Shown here piece after piece: positions 1-12,242 of a DNA stretch of 64,000 nt. Every line of letters starts with the position of its first letter. The stretch's first letter is position 1. The notes under the pieces were generated by a model. The model was not told where the DNA came from. It saw only the letters and a program-made list of their open reading frames with translations, and searched no databases. The translations under genes were made by a program, and so were the position numbers. The stretch spans positions 275,280,001 to 275,344,000 of the forward strand of contig OZ024742.1 of NCBI GenBank assembly GCA_964016885.1, in the 5' to 3' direction. Source of the stretch: Eledone cirrhosa (Eukaryota).

Positions 1-101
1 GCTGCAGGTAGTGGCTTGATATTCAATCCAACGGACTTTCCAGTTAACCAACATCAATGACTGAGATTCAAGGAATAACAATAACAATAATAATAATAAT
101 A
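1..101 (+). mobile_element. 3' UTR and (TAA)n tail of an R4/Dong family-B copy that begins upstream of the window
   Basis: Nearly identical to the 3' UTRs at 2386-2460, 4462-4535 and 6553-6627 (gctgcaggtagtggcttgatattc...gagattcaagga), followed by AAC/AAT repeats. Confidence 0.85.
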
Positions 102-1939
102 AGAGAAGTTAACATTAATTGTGGAATTTTTCAGGGTGACTCTTTATCACCGCTTTTATTCTGCATCGCACTTATACCATTAAGTAAAATGCTCAATGAA
201 ACAAAACATGGATATAGAGTCTATGACAAAACCATTAATCACCTGTTCTACATGGATGACCTGAAACTATTTGCAAAAAATGATGAACAATTGCAAGGGC
301 TATTATCCACTGTGAAGCAGTTCAGTGATGACATTAAAATGGAGTTTGGACTGGATAAATGCGCCAAAGCAACGTTCACCAGAGGAAAGCTGCTGAAGAG
401 TTCAGACATTAATCTTGATCGGGGGAACGTGATAAGAGAGCTTGATCAAGAACAAACTTACAAATATCTAGGTGTTTGTGAAGGAGACGGAATCAAGCAC
501 TCGACAATGAGGGAAAGGATAAGGAAGGAATGTTACCGCAGAGTCAGAGCAATCTTAAGAACGGAATTGAATGCAAGGAATAGGATCGATGCCATAAACA
601 CGCTTGCCATACCAGTAGTAACCTACAGTTACAATGTCATCAACTGGTCAAGCACAGAGATCCGTAGGCTCGATACAAAAATCCGAAAATTCTTAACCAT
701 GCACAGAATGCATCACCCTAAGGCAGACATAGATAGAATATATCTCCCTAGGAAAGAAGGAGGACGTGGGTTAATCCAGTTAGACATTGCGTTGAAAACT
801 GCAACAATTGGATTATCCACATATCTAAGGTAATCACATGATTGGATGATCAAACTCGTTTTGAAACACGAAAGCACCAAAAGATCATATTCCATTACAA
901 AAGATGCACAAAGATACAGTAATGGACTACAAATTTCAGAAGTCCCATTTACTGCTGAAATGGAAAACACAGAAAAAGCAAAGCAGGTAAAAGTAACTGC
1001 AAAGAAAGAACTGCTACAGAAACTGGCTAAGAAATGGCAAGAAAAGCCTCTGTATGGAAAATACCCAGAGCGAGCTAACAATCCTGATGTTGACAAAACT
1101 TTAACCCATCAGTGGTTGGCATCCTCTGGACTGAAATCGGAGACTGAAGGACTGATTATATCCGCACAAGATCAGTGTCTGCCAACAAAAAATTACCAAG
1201 CCAACATAATAAAAAATGGGTGCAGCCCATTATGCCGTGTATGCAAAAAACAATCAGAGACCATTGACCATATAATTTCAATGCGCAGTCCTATAGCTCC
1301 AACCGAATACCTAAACAGGCATGACAGAGCTGCACAATACATACATTGGATAATGTGTAAGCATTTTGACCTGCCCCATCAAAAGAATTGGTGGGAGCAT
1401 CAACCACCTCCCATACTTGAAAAAGATCACATCTCAATCTTGTGGAACTTTAGCATCCAAACAGACCGAAAAATAGATGCAAATAGACCTGATATAATAT
1501 TGAAGGACTTTCAAAGGAGGGTATGCCTGCTAATTGATATGTCTGTTCCAATAGACAAGAATGTATCTATAAAAACATTTGAAAAATTGAGCAAGTATAA
1601 GGACCTGGAGATAGAAATTGGAAAAATGTGGAAATTGAGAACTAAAACAATACCAGTGGTTGTAGGCGCTCTGGGAATGATACCTAAGGGGTCTAACGAC
1701 TACTTATCGCAAATCCCAGGAAACCCGCGTATAGGAGAAATACAAAAGATAGTACTAATGGGAACTGCCCATATACTAAGGAAGATCCTGTCAATATAAG
1801 TACATCACAAGTCTAAACACTAAGGATGCATGTGTGAATATGTGTGTTCTTTCTTGAACATGGCGGATCTTGTTGTCTCTTGAGGTCACTGGTTGTGACT
1901 TGGTGATAACTCGTATAAACATAAAGCAAGATAAATGCA

Positions 1940-1967
<28 letters not shown>
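102..1967 (+). mobile_element. 5'-truncated R4/Dong-clade non-LTR retrotransposon, family A
   Basis: RT motifs GIFQGDSLSP and FYMDDLKL, thumb DRIYLPRKEGGRGL, Zn knuckle CRVC..ETIDH, RHD, RLE motif RPDIIL..IDMS..K..KY, GALG; short 3' UTR; flanked by (TAA)n. Confidence 0.9.
103..1799 (+). pseudogene. RT-RLE polyprotein fragment with one in-frame stop at 831-833
   Basis: ORFs 57..833 and 846..1799 are in the same frame, separated by TAA plus 4 codons; the N-terminal MTEIQGITI.. is borrowed from the upstream 3' UTR and tail. Confidence 0.85.
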
Positions 1968-1970
<3 letters not shown>

Positions 1971-2467
1971 TGGTATGAGCATAGGCCAGAGGCGGTGATG
2001 GAGAACAATCAGGTGAAGGTGCTGTGGGATTTTAGGATACAGACGGACAAAAAACTGGAACACAATAGACCTGACCTGGTGGTTGTGGACAAAGAAAAAA
2101 GATCGTGTCTGATTGTGGATGTGGCCTGCCCGTTCGACACGAGAGTGCAAGAGAAGGAGAGGGAGAAAATTAACCGATACCAGGACCTAAAGTGGGAGGT
2201 GAAAAGGATTTGGAACTGCCATGAAGTCAAAGTGATCCCGATTGTCATAGGCGCACTGGGGACTATCTCCAAAAGTTTCCAGGGATGGTTAAATAAAATC
2301 GGCCCCTTCACGCTTTTTGGAACGCTTCAAAAGGCATGCTTGATTGGAACAGCAAGAACCCTCCGATACGTCCTGAATATCTGAGGCTGCAGGTAGTGGC
2401 TTGATATTCAATCCAACGGACTTTCCAGTTAACCAACATCAGTGACTGAGATTCAAGGAATAACAAC

Positions 2468-2515
<48 letters not shown>
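1968..2515 (+). mobile_element. Short 5'-truncated R4/Dong family-B copy (RLE domain, 3' UTR, TAA tail)
   Basis: KWYEHRP..LWDF..RPDLVVVDK..IVDVACP..EKINRYQDL..GALG, stop at 2384, conserved 3' UTR, (TAA)n. Confidence 0.9.
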
Positions 2516-4549
2516 TCTGGAGGCTGATGACATCAAGAACAAACAAATGAAGGAATTGTTAAGAACTGAATACATTCGGAGAATAAGGAGCGTATTGAAG
2601 TCACATCTGAACAGCAGAAATGCCATAAGCGCAGTAAATTCCCGAGCTGTGTCTATTATTAGGTACAGTGCGGGAATTCTGAGATGGAATGTTGCTGAAC
2701 AAAAAGAAATGGATAGGAAAACTAGGAAGCTATTGACTATCTACAACATGTTCCACAAGAGCAGTGATGTCGATAGACTCTACTTAAGGAGATCTGAGGG
2801 TGGAAGAGGTCTTATCAGCATAGAGGACTGTGTTCAGATGGAGAAAAACAACCTACACAAATACGTGACTGATAGTAAGGAGCCAATGCTCAGAACTGTA
2901 CTGAAGGAGGGGACAATAGGCCAGGGGATGTCCAAGGAGGAAATAACATCACGGAGAAAGAGCAGCCTTCAGGAAAAATCCCTTCATAGTACCTTCTTTG
3001 AGAAAACTGAATTTAGAGATCCACAGACATGGAACTGGTTGAGAAGAGGAGACCTTAAAAAGGCTACAGAAGGAATGTTAATGGCTGCGCAGGAGCAAGC
3101 CCTCAAAACGAAGTGGTTGAAACACCATATTTACAAGGAGGAGGCTAGCCCACTGTGCAGGATCTGTGGAGAGAGAGAGGAGACTGTGGCTCACATTGTA
3201 TCCGAGTGTAAACACCTAGCCCAGACCTACTATAAGGGCTGGAGACATGATGTTATGGGCAGGGTGATCCACTGGCACCTCTGCAAAGTAAACAATTTAC
3301 CACATTCTGAGAAATGGTATGAGCATAAGCCAGAGGCGGTGATAGAGAACGATCAGGTGAAGGTGCTGTGGGATTTTAGGATACAGACGGACAAGAAACT
3401 GGAACACAATAGACCTGACGTGTGGTTGTGGACAAAGAAAAAAGATCGTGTCTGATTGTGGATGTGGCCTGCCCATTCGACACGAGAGTGCAAGAGAAGG
3501 AGAGGGAGAAAATTAACCGATACCAGGACTTAAAGTGGGTCTTATCAGCATAGATGACTGTGTTCAGATGGAGAAAAACAACCTATACAAATACGTGACC
3601 TATAGTAAGGAGCCAATGCTCAGAACTGTACTGAAGGAGGGGACAGTAGGCCAGGGGATGTCCAAGGAGGAAATAACATCAAGGAGGAAGAGCAGCCTTA
3701 AGGGAAAATCCCTTCATAGTACCTTCTTTGAGAAAACTGAATTTAGATATCCACAGACATGGAACTGGTTGAGAAGAGGAGACCTCAAAAAGGCTACAGA
3801 AGGAATGCTAATGGCTGCGCAGGAGCAGGCCCTCAAAACGAAGTGGTTGAAGCACCATATTTACAAGGAGGAGGCTAGCCCACTGTGCAGGATCTGTGGA
3901 GAGAGAGAGAGGAGACTGTGGCTCACATTGTGTCCGAGTGTAAACACCTAGCCCAGACCCACAATAAGGGCTGGAGACATGATGTGATGGGCAGGGTGAT
4001 CCACTGGCACCTGTGCAAAGTAAACAATTTACCACATTCTGAAAAATGGTATGAGCATAGGCCAGAGGCGGTGATGGAGAACAATCAGGTGAAGGTGCTG
4101 TGGGATTTTAGGATACAGACGGACAAAAAACTGGAACACAATAGACCTGACCTGGTGGTTGTGGACAAAGAAAAAAGATCGTGTCTGATTGTGGATGTGG
4201 CCTGCCCGTTCGACACGAGAGTGCAAGAGAAGGAGAGGGAGAAAAGTAACCGATACCAGGACCTAAAGTGGGAGGTGAAAAGGATTTGGAACTGCCATGA
4301 AGTCAAAGTGATCCCGATTGTCATAGGCGCACTGGGGACTATCTCCAAAAGTTTCCAGGGATGGTTAAAGAAAATCGGCCCCTTCACGCTTTTTGGAACG
4401 CTTCAAAAGGCATGCTTGCTTGGAACAGCAAGAACCCTCCGATACGTCCTGAATATCTGAGGCTGCAGGTAGTGGCTTGATATTCATTCCAACGGACTTT
4501 CCAGTTAACCAACATCAATGACTGAGATTCAAGGAATAACAACAACAAC

Positions 4550-4606
<57 letters not shown>
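2516..4606 (+). mobile_element. Composite R4/Dong family-B unit 1 (two overlapping truncated segments fused at about 3537)
   Basis: Thumb-CCHC-RLE segment 2516-3537 fused directly to a second segment restarting at GLISI(D/E)DC; frameshifts near 3420 and 3910; TAA tail. Confidence 0.88.
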
Positions 4607-6640
4607 TCTGGAGGCTGATGACATCAAGAACAAACAAATGAAGGAATTGTTAAGAACTGAATACATTCGGAGAATAAGGAGCGTATTGAAGTCACATCTG
4701 AACAGCAGAAATGCCATAAGCGCAGTAAATTCCCGAGCTGTGTCTATTATTAGGTACAGTGCGGGAATTCTGAGATGGAATGTTGCTGAACAAAAAGAAA
4801 TGGATAGGAAAACTAGGAAGCTATTGACTATCTACAACATGTTCCACAAGAGCAGTGATGTCGATAGACTCTACTTAAGGAGATCTGAGGGTGGAAGAGG
4901 TCTTATCAGCATAGAGGACTGTGTTCAGATGGAGAAAAACAACCTACACAAATACGTGACTGATAGTAAGGAGCCAATGCTCAGAACTGTACTGAAGGAG
5001 GGGACAATAGGCCAGGGGATGTCCAAGGAGGAAATAACATCACGGAGAAAGAGCAGCCTTCAGGAAAAATCCCTTCATAGTACCTTCTTTGAGAAAACTG
5101 AATTTAGAGATCCACAGACATGGAACTGGTTGAGAAGAGGAGACCTTAAAAAGGCTACAGAAGGAATGTTAATGGCTGCGCAGGAGCAAGCCCTCAAAAC
5201 GAAGTGGTTGAAACACCATATTTACAAGGAGGAGGCTAGCCCACTGTGCAGGATCTGTGGAGAGAGAGAGGAGACTGTGGCTCACATTGTATCCGAGTGT
5301 AAACACCTAGCCCAGACCTACTATAAGGGCTGGAGACATGATGTTATGGGCAGGGTGATCCACTGGCACCTCTGCAAAGTAAACAATTTACCACATTCTG
5401 AGAAATGGTATGAGCATAAGCCAGAGGCGGTGATAGAGAACGATCAGGTGAAGGTGCTGTGGGATTTTAGGATACAGACGGACAAGAAACTGGAACACAA
5501 TAGACCTGACGTGTGGTTGTGGACAAAGAAAAAAGATCGTGTCTGATTGTGGATGTGGCCTGCCCATTCGACACGAGAGTGCAAGAGAAGGAGAGGGAGA
5601 AAATTAACCGATACCAGGACTTAAAGTGGGTCTTATCAGCATAGAGGACTGTGTTCAGATGGAGAAAAACAACCTATACAAATACGTGACCTATAGTAAG
5701 GAGCCAATGCTCAGAACTGTACTGAAGGAGGGGACAGTAGGCCAGGGGATGTCCAAGGAGGAAATAACATCAAGGAGGAAGAGCAGCCTTAAGGGAAAAT
5801 CCCTTCATAGTACCTTCTTTGAGAAAACTGAATTTAGATATCCACAGACATGGAACTGGTTGAGAAGAGGAGACCTCAAAAAGGCTACAGAAGGAATGCT
5901 AATGGCTGCGCAGGAGCAGGCCCTCAAAACGAAGTGGTTGAAGCACCATATTTACAAGGAGGAGGCTAGCCCACTGTGCAGGATCTGTGGAGAGAGAGAG
6001 AGGAGACTGTGGCTCACATTGTGTCCGAGTGTAAACACCTAGCCCAGACCCACTATAAGGGCTGGAGACATGATGTGATGGGCAGGGTGATCCACTGGCA
6101 CCTGTGCAAAGTAAACAATTTACCACATTCTGAAAAATGGTATGAGCATAGGCCAGAGGCGGTGATGGAGAACAATCAGGTGAAGGTGCTGTGGGATTTT
6201 AGGATACAGACGGACAAAAAACTGGAACACAATAGACCTGACCTGGTGGTTGTGGACAAAGAAAAAAGATCGTGTCTGATTGTGGATGTGGCCTGCCCGT
6301 TCGACACGAGAGTGCAAGAGAAGGAGAGGGAGAAAAGTAACCGATACCAGGACCTAAAGTGGGAGGTGAAAAGGATTTGGAACTGCCATGAAGTCAAAGT
6401 GATCCCGATTGTCATAGGCGCACTGGGGACTATCTCCAAAAGTTTCCAGGGATGGTTAAAGAAAATCGGCCCCTTCACGCTTTTTGGAACGCTTCAAAAG
6501 GCATGCTTGCTTGGAACAGCAAGAACCCTCCGATACGTCCTGAATATCTGAGGCTGCAGGTAGTGGCTTGATATTCATTCCAACGGACTTTCCAGTTAAC
6601 CAACATCAATGACTGAGATTCAAGGAATAACAACAACAAC

Positions 6641-6690
<50 letters not shown>
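4607..6690 (+). mobile_element. Composite R4/Dong family-B unit 2 (2091-bp tandem duplicate of unit 1)
   Basis: Same 5' junction, internal fusion and frameshifts; ORF starts offset by exactly 2091 (3535/5626, 3885/5976); only a few substitutions. Confidence 0.88.
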
Positions 6691-6691
<1 letters not shown>

Positions 6692-8971
6692 CTGATTTGA
6701 GTATCACAGTTGAAACTCTTAAGGGGCAGGCCAAAAAATTAACCAACTGGAAATCACCAGGCCCAGATGGTGTGCAGGGGTATTGGATTAAAAATATAAC
6801 ATCCCTCCACCCGAAACTGACAACCATGTTCAATGACTGCTTGATGTCAGGTGAGGTACCAGAGTGGTTGACAAAAGGTACCACAGTTCTGATAATGAAA
6901 GACCGAATCAAGGGTAATGATGTTACCAACTATAGACCTATCACATGTCTGTCCGTAATGTGAAAACTGTTGACAAGCATTATGTCTGAGGAAATCTACC
7001 ATCACCTCCACACAAACAACTTGTTACCGGACGAACAGAAAGGATGCCGAAAGAAGTCACGTGGTACAAAGGACCAGTTACTTATTGATAAGATGGTAAT
7101 GAGGAATTGCAAGAGGAGACACATTTGTCTTGCCATGGGATGGATTTAGACTAGAAAAAGGCATTTGACATGGTGCCTCATTCTTGGATCACCAAAAGTC
7201 TTGAGATCTTCAAGGTGGCAGATAACATCAGACAGTTGTTGGGCAAAAGTATGTAGTCCTGGGAAACAGAGTTAACATCAACTGGAGAATCCTTGGGAAG
7301 CGTGAAGATCAAGAGATGTATCTTCCAGGGAGATAGTCTGTCCCCTCTGTTGTTTGTCCTTGCCCTGATCCCCCTGACCAGTGTACTGCGAAAAGTGAAA
7401 GCAGGATACAGGTTGGGAAAGGGAGCGCTTACCATCAATCACCTCCTCTTCATGGACGATCTTAAGCTCTTCGGGAAGAGTGAGAAGGAGTTGGATGTGC
7501 TTGTTGACACTGTCCGTATTTTCAGCAATGATATATGTATGCAATTTGGTATTAGTAAGTGTGGAGTCATTGTGATGAAGGGGGGTAAGTTGAGCAGAAG
7601 TAACGGAATCCAGGTACCAACGGGTGAGATGATAAAGGAAATTGACTCTGAAGAAGGATACAAGTATTTGGGCGTTCTGGAGGCTGATGACATCAAGAAC
7701 AAAAAAATGAAGGAATTGATAAGTACTGAATACATTCGGAGAGTAAAGAGCGTATTACAATCACATCTGAACAGTAGGAATGCCATAGTGCAGTAAATTC
7801 CCGAGCGGTGTCTATTATTAGGTAGAGTGCGAGAATTCTGAGATGGAATGTTGCTGAACAGATAGAAATGGATAGGAAGACTAGGAAGCTATTGACTATC
7901 TACAACATGTTCCACAAGAGGAGTGATGTCGATAGACTCTACTTAAGGAGATCTGAGGGTGGAAGAGGTCTTATCAGCATAGAGGACTGTGTTCAGATGG
8001 AGAAAAACAACCTACACAAATACGTGACTGATAGTAAGGAGCCAATGCTCAGAACTGTACTGAAGGAGGGGACAATAGGCCAGGGGATGTCCAAGGAGGA
8101 AATAACATCAAGGAGAAAGAGCAGACTTCAGGAAAAATCCCTTCATAGTACCTTCTTTGAGAAAACTGAATTTAGAGATCCACAGACATGGAACTGGTTG
8201 AAAAGAGGAGACCTTAAAAAGGCTACAGAAGGAATGTTAATGGCTGCGCAGGAGCAGGCCCTCAAAACGAAGTGGTTGAAACACCATATTTACAAGGAGA
8301 AGGCTAGCCCACTGTGCAGGATTTGTGGAGAGAGAGAGGAGACTGTGGCTCACATTTTATCCGAGTGTAAACACCTAGCCCAGACTCACTATAAGGGCTG
8401 GATACATGATGTGATGGGCAGGTTGATCCACTGGCACCTATGCAAAGTAAACAATTTACCACATTCTGAGAAATGGTATGAGCATAAGCCAGAGGCGGTG
8501 ATAGAAAACGATCAGGTGAAGGTGCTGTGGGAATTTAGGATACAGACGGACAAGAAACTGGAACACAATAGACCTGACCTGGTGGTTGTGGACAAAGAAA
8601 AAAGATCGTGCCTGATTGTGGATGTGGCCTGCTCATTCGACACGAGAGTGCAAGAGAAGGAGAGGGAGAAAATTAACCGATACCAGGACTTAAAGTGGGA
8701 GGTAAAAAGGATTTGGAATTGCCAAAGTGATCCCGATTGTCATAGGCGCACTAGGGACTATTTCAAAAAGTTTCCAGGGATAGTTAAAGAAAATTGGCCC
8801 CTTCACGCTTTTTGGAACGCTTCAAAAGGCATGCTTGCTGGGAACAGCAAGAACCCTCCGATACGTCCTGAATATCTGAGGCTGCAGGTAGTGGCTTGAT
8901 ATTCATTTCAACAAACTTTCCAGTTAACTAACATCAATGACTGAGACTCAAAGAGTAATAACAACAACAAC

Positions 8972-9020
<49 letters not shown>
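6691..9020 (+). mobile_element. Longer, decayed R4/Dong family-B copy (RT through RLE)
   Basis: NWKSPGPDG, NYRPITCL, IFQGDSLSP, FMDDLKL, YKYLG, CRICGE..H..C, RPDL; several stops and frameshifts; 3' UTR plus (AAC)n(TAA)n. Confidence 0.9.
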
Positions 9021-9022
<2 letters not shown>

Positions 9023-9854
9023 CGATCTGCAGACTGAAGGACTGATTATATCAGCACAAGATCATTGTCTGCCAACAAAAAATTACCAAGCCAACATAAT
9101 AAAAAATGGATGCAGCCTATTATGCCGTGTATGTAAAAAACAACCAGTGACCATTGACCATATAATTTCAATGTGCAGTCCTATAGCTCCAACCGAATAC
9201 CTAAACAGGCATGACAGAGCTGCACAATACATACATTGGATAATGTGTAAGCATTTGACCTGCCCCATCAAAAGAATTGGTGGGAGCATCAACCACCTCC
9301 CATACTTGAAAAAGATCACATCTCAATCTTGTGGAACTTTAGCATCCAAACAGACCGAAAAATATATGCAAATAGACCTGATATAATATTGAAGGACTTT
9401 AAAAAGAGGGTATGCCTGCTAATTGATATGTCCGTTCCAATAGACAAGAATATATCTATAAAAACATTTGAAAAATTGAGCAAGTATAAGGACCTGGAGA
9501 TAGAAATTGGAAAAATGTGGAAATTGAGAACTAAAACAATACCAGTCGTTGTAGGCGCTCTAGGAATGATACCTAAGGGGTCTAATGATTACTTATCGCA
9601 AATCCCAGGAAACCCGCGTATAGGAGAAATACAAAAGATAGTACTAATGGGAACTGCCCTTATACTAAGGAAGATTCTGTCAATATAAGTACATCACAAG
9701 TCTAAACACCTAAAGATGCATGTGTGAGTATGTATGTTCTTTCTTGAACATGGCGGACCTTGTTGTCTCTTGAGGTCACTGGTTGTGACTTGGTGATAAC
9801 TCGTATGAACATAAAGAAAGATAAATGCAGCTGTAATAATAACAATAATAATGA
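9021..9854 (+). mobile_element. Short 5'-truncated R4/Dong family-A copy
   Basis: Highly similar to 1141-1938 (TEGLIISAQD..RPDIIL..GALG..RKILSI and 3' UTR); frameshift near 9255. Confidence 0.9.
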
Positions 9855-10158
9855 TTTCTTTATTGGCCACAAAGGCTGACATCAAGAAAAACATTACAGA
9901 CGGCACAGGACGGTACAGGACGGTACGATGTTGGTTTTGTGCGTGTAAATATTTTTATTATATATATAAGAAAAGAAAAAAAAGGACATAGAAACATATA
10001 TATATATATAAACAATAAAAATGAAAATTGAAACAATGAAAAATGTCTCAATAGGGGGGAAACCTCCGAGGGTTACTCGTGGCGAAAACCACACAAAAGA
10101 CCACGGCTACACTGACCCCCAGGGCAAGCGCCCTCTCTCAATTTTTCCATCTCGCAAA

Positions 10159-12134
10159 CTACAGACGTATATTCAGAGTGGTCCCGTTCACTCGGACCAT
10201 TCTCGCTACATTCACCCACCTTTCAACAAACTTGCTAGAAAGCAGCACTTGCCTCTCCACCCTGATTTTCCTCTTCATTGCTGTGATCCAACCTCTGAAA
10301 ACGGGCCCGAAAGCGGCTGCCTCGAGGACCGCCGCCAGGTACCGATGGTCGACCCTATCGAATGCTTTGGATTGATCCAAGTTGATCAGGGCCCCACCCT
10401 TGCCAGGTTCCTTAACCACCCTCTCTATGATGTATCGTATGAGGTGGAGGTTGTCGTGTATGGATCTGTCCGGAATGGCGCATGTCTGCGCCTCTCCCAC
10501 CAGACCCTTGACGACAACCGCCAACCTCGTTGCTAACACCTTCGCCAAAATCTTGAACTCTGCGTTTAGCAGGGTTATGGGCCTGAAATTATCGATAACA
10601 TCCCCCTTGTTCGGGTCTTTTCTCAGCAGCGCCACTGCTCCCCGGCTCACAAAACTGGGAATGCTCCCGTTCTGCTGCCAGTTGCAGTAGACGTCTGCCA
10701 AGAGGTCACCGAACAAGTCTGGCATAAATGCATAAAGCTCGTAGGGCAGACCATCCAAACCTGGCGATTTACCCCTTGTGCAGTTAGCCATCGCTTCCCG
10801 TATTTCACCGGCTGTTATTGGCTTTTTGCAACACTGTGCTGCGGTAGTCGAGAGCCGAGGCAGTCCGCCGAGGTATGCACTGAAGTCCATCCCCCGATCC
10901 GGGCCGCCGCCGCTCCCGAACAGTTCAGCAGAGTGCTGCTGAAAAGCTTCACACATCCGCTCGGGTTCGAACATCACGCACCCGTTTTGATCAGACAAAG
11001 AGCGAATTGTGGCTTTGTTGCCACGTCGCGCCTCTGCCACCCGGGACCATTGGACGGCTTTTGTCCCCTTGTGTTTCAGAGCAAGCGCTCTAGCTCTGAC
11101 AACGCAGCCTTCGTGTTTTGCGTTGAAGAATTGGTTGAGTGCCAATCTCGCCGCAAGCACGTCATTTGCGATGCCTTTACTAAACGCCTCTTCTAGCTTT
11201 CTGACTAGCTCTCCCTCTACTCTATTTTCCTCTATCACTACTCCTTTGCTAAACCCAATCGACTCTACTTTAATTGCTCTTTTCAGGGCGAACCACCACC
11301 TGTTGTTGACGATCGCTCCCGTCAACGCCCGCTTAACTATTATGCTAATCCGGTCTCTGTAGGCTTTGCGCGCCGGGAAAGACGCGTTCAGCTTCCAGTA
11401 ACCAGGCCCTTGTCTATGAAGTCTGTCTATGTCGATCTCACAAATCACAAATTTGTGGTCTGTGTAGTCGACTATTTTAAATTGTGGACAACTTATACTA
11501 GCCTTATCTAGTTCTCTGCAGAATACCCTATCGAGATACGATCTGGATGACCCGATGCGGTTTGCTCATGTCCACATTGGCACATTCGGGTGATCCAGTC
11601 TATACCTGTCAGACAATTCAAAACGTCTGAGCAGGTTGGTGAGGCTCTTGCACCCTCCTCCCCTATCCACTAGCCCCACACGATCCCAGCCTGCATCCAA
11701 GATACCATTCCAGTCGCCCACTAACACTAAAGAGCGGGACGTACCAAGAAAGGTCTCTAGACGTCTGAAGAAATCTGGCCGTCCTGCCCCTGTTGGGGAG
11801 TAGACGGCTACTAGCCTGAAAGCATTGCCTTCGCTGCCGGTCACGTCCAGCACCACCGACTTACCTTCTGGGTCTAGGAAGATGGCCCGTATCGCGAGAT
11901 CCAAGCCTCTCCGAAAAAGTACGGCAATCCCTCCCCCGATCCTGGACGGATGGGAGATGCGTATGCATCGTAGCCGCCGAAGATCGTGCGAAGGCTCGTG
12001 CTCTCAGAGATTCTGGTCTCGCTGATGGCCACCACATCTATGTTTAGTGACCTGAGGTCGTTGAGCAGGTAACCCTGCTTCCAAGATGACCCCAGGCCAC
12101 GTGCCTTTATACTGCCTATTCTGAGTACGGCCAT
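10159..12134 (-). pseudogene. ORF2 (AP-endonuclease + partial RT) of the Tx1/L1-type element
   Basis: Fragments 11874..12170, 11566..11904 and 10159..11448; RT breaks off after RGWITAM and joins the extreme C-terminus, with no QGCP or YADD motifs. Confidence 0.85.
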
Positions 12135-12242
12135 GTTGGATGAGAAACGGGGCAAGTGAGAAAGGGTCACTTACCTTGATCGTGAGGTGAAGGGACAGTA
12201 GAACCGTCCCTTTCGCTGGTCATGGGTGTTTCCAAGAGGATG

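Noticed and set aside
1-9854. Repeat-spacer-like periodicity or a telomeric retrotransposon array
   Set aside because: The units are retrotransposon copies, not CRISPR spacers; no TTAGGG/TTAGG repeats or evidence of a chromosome end
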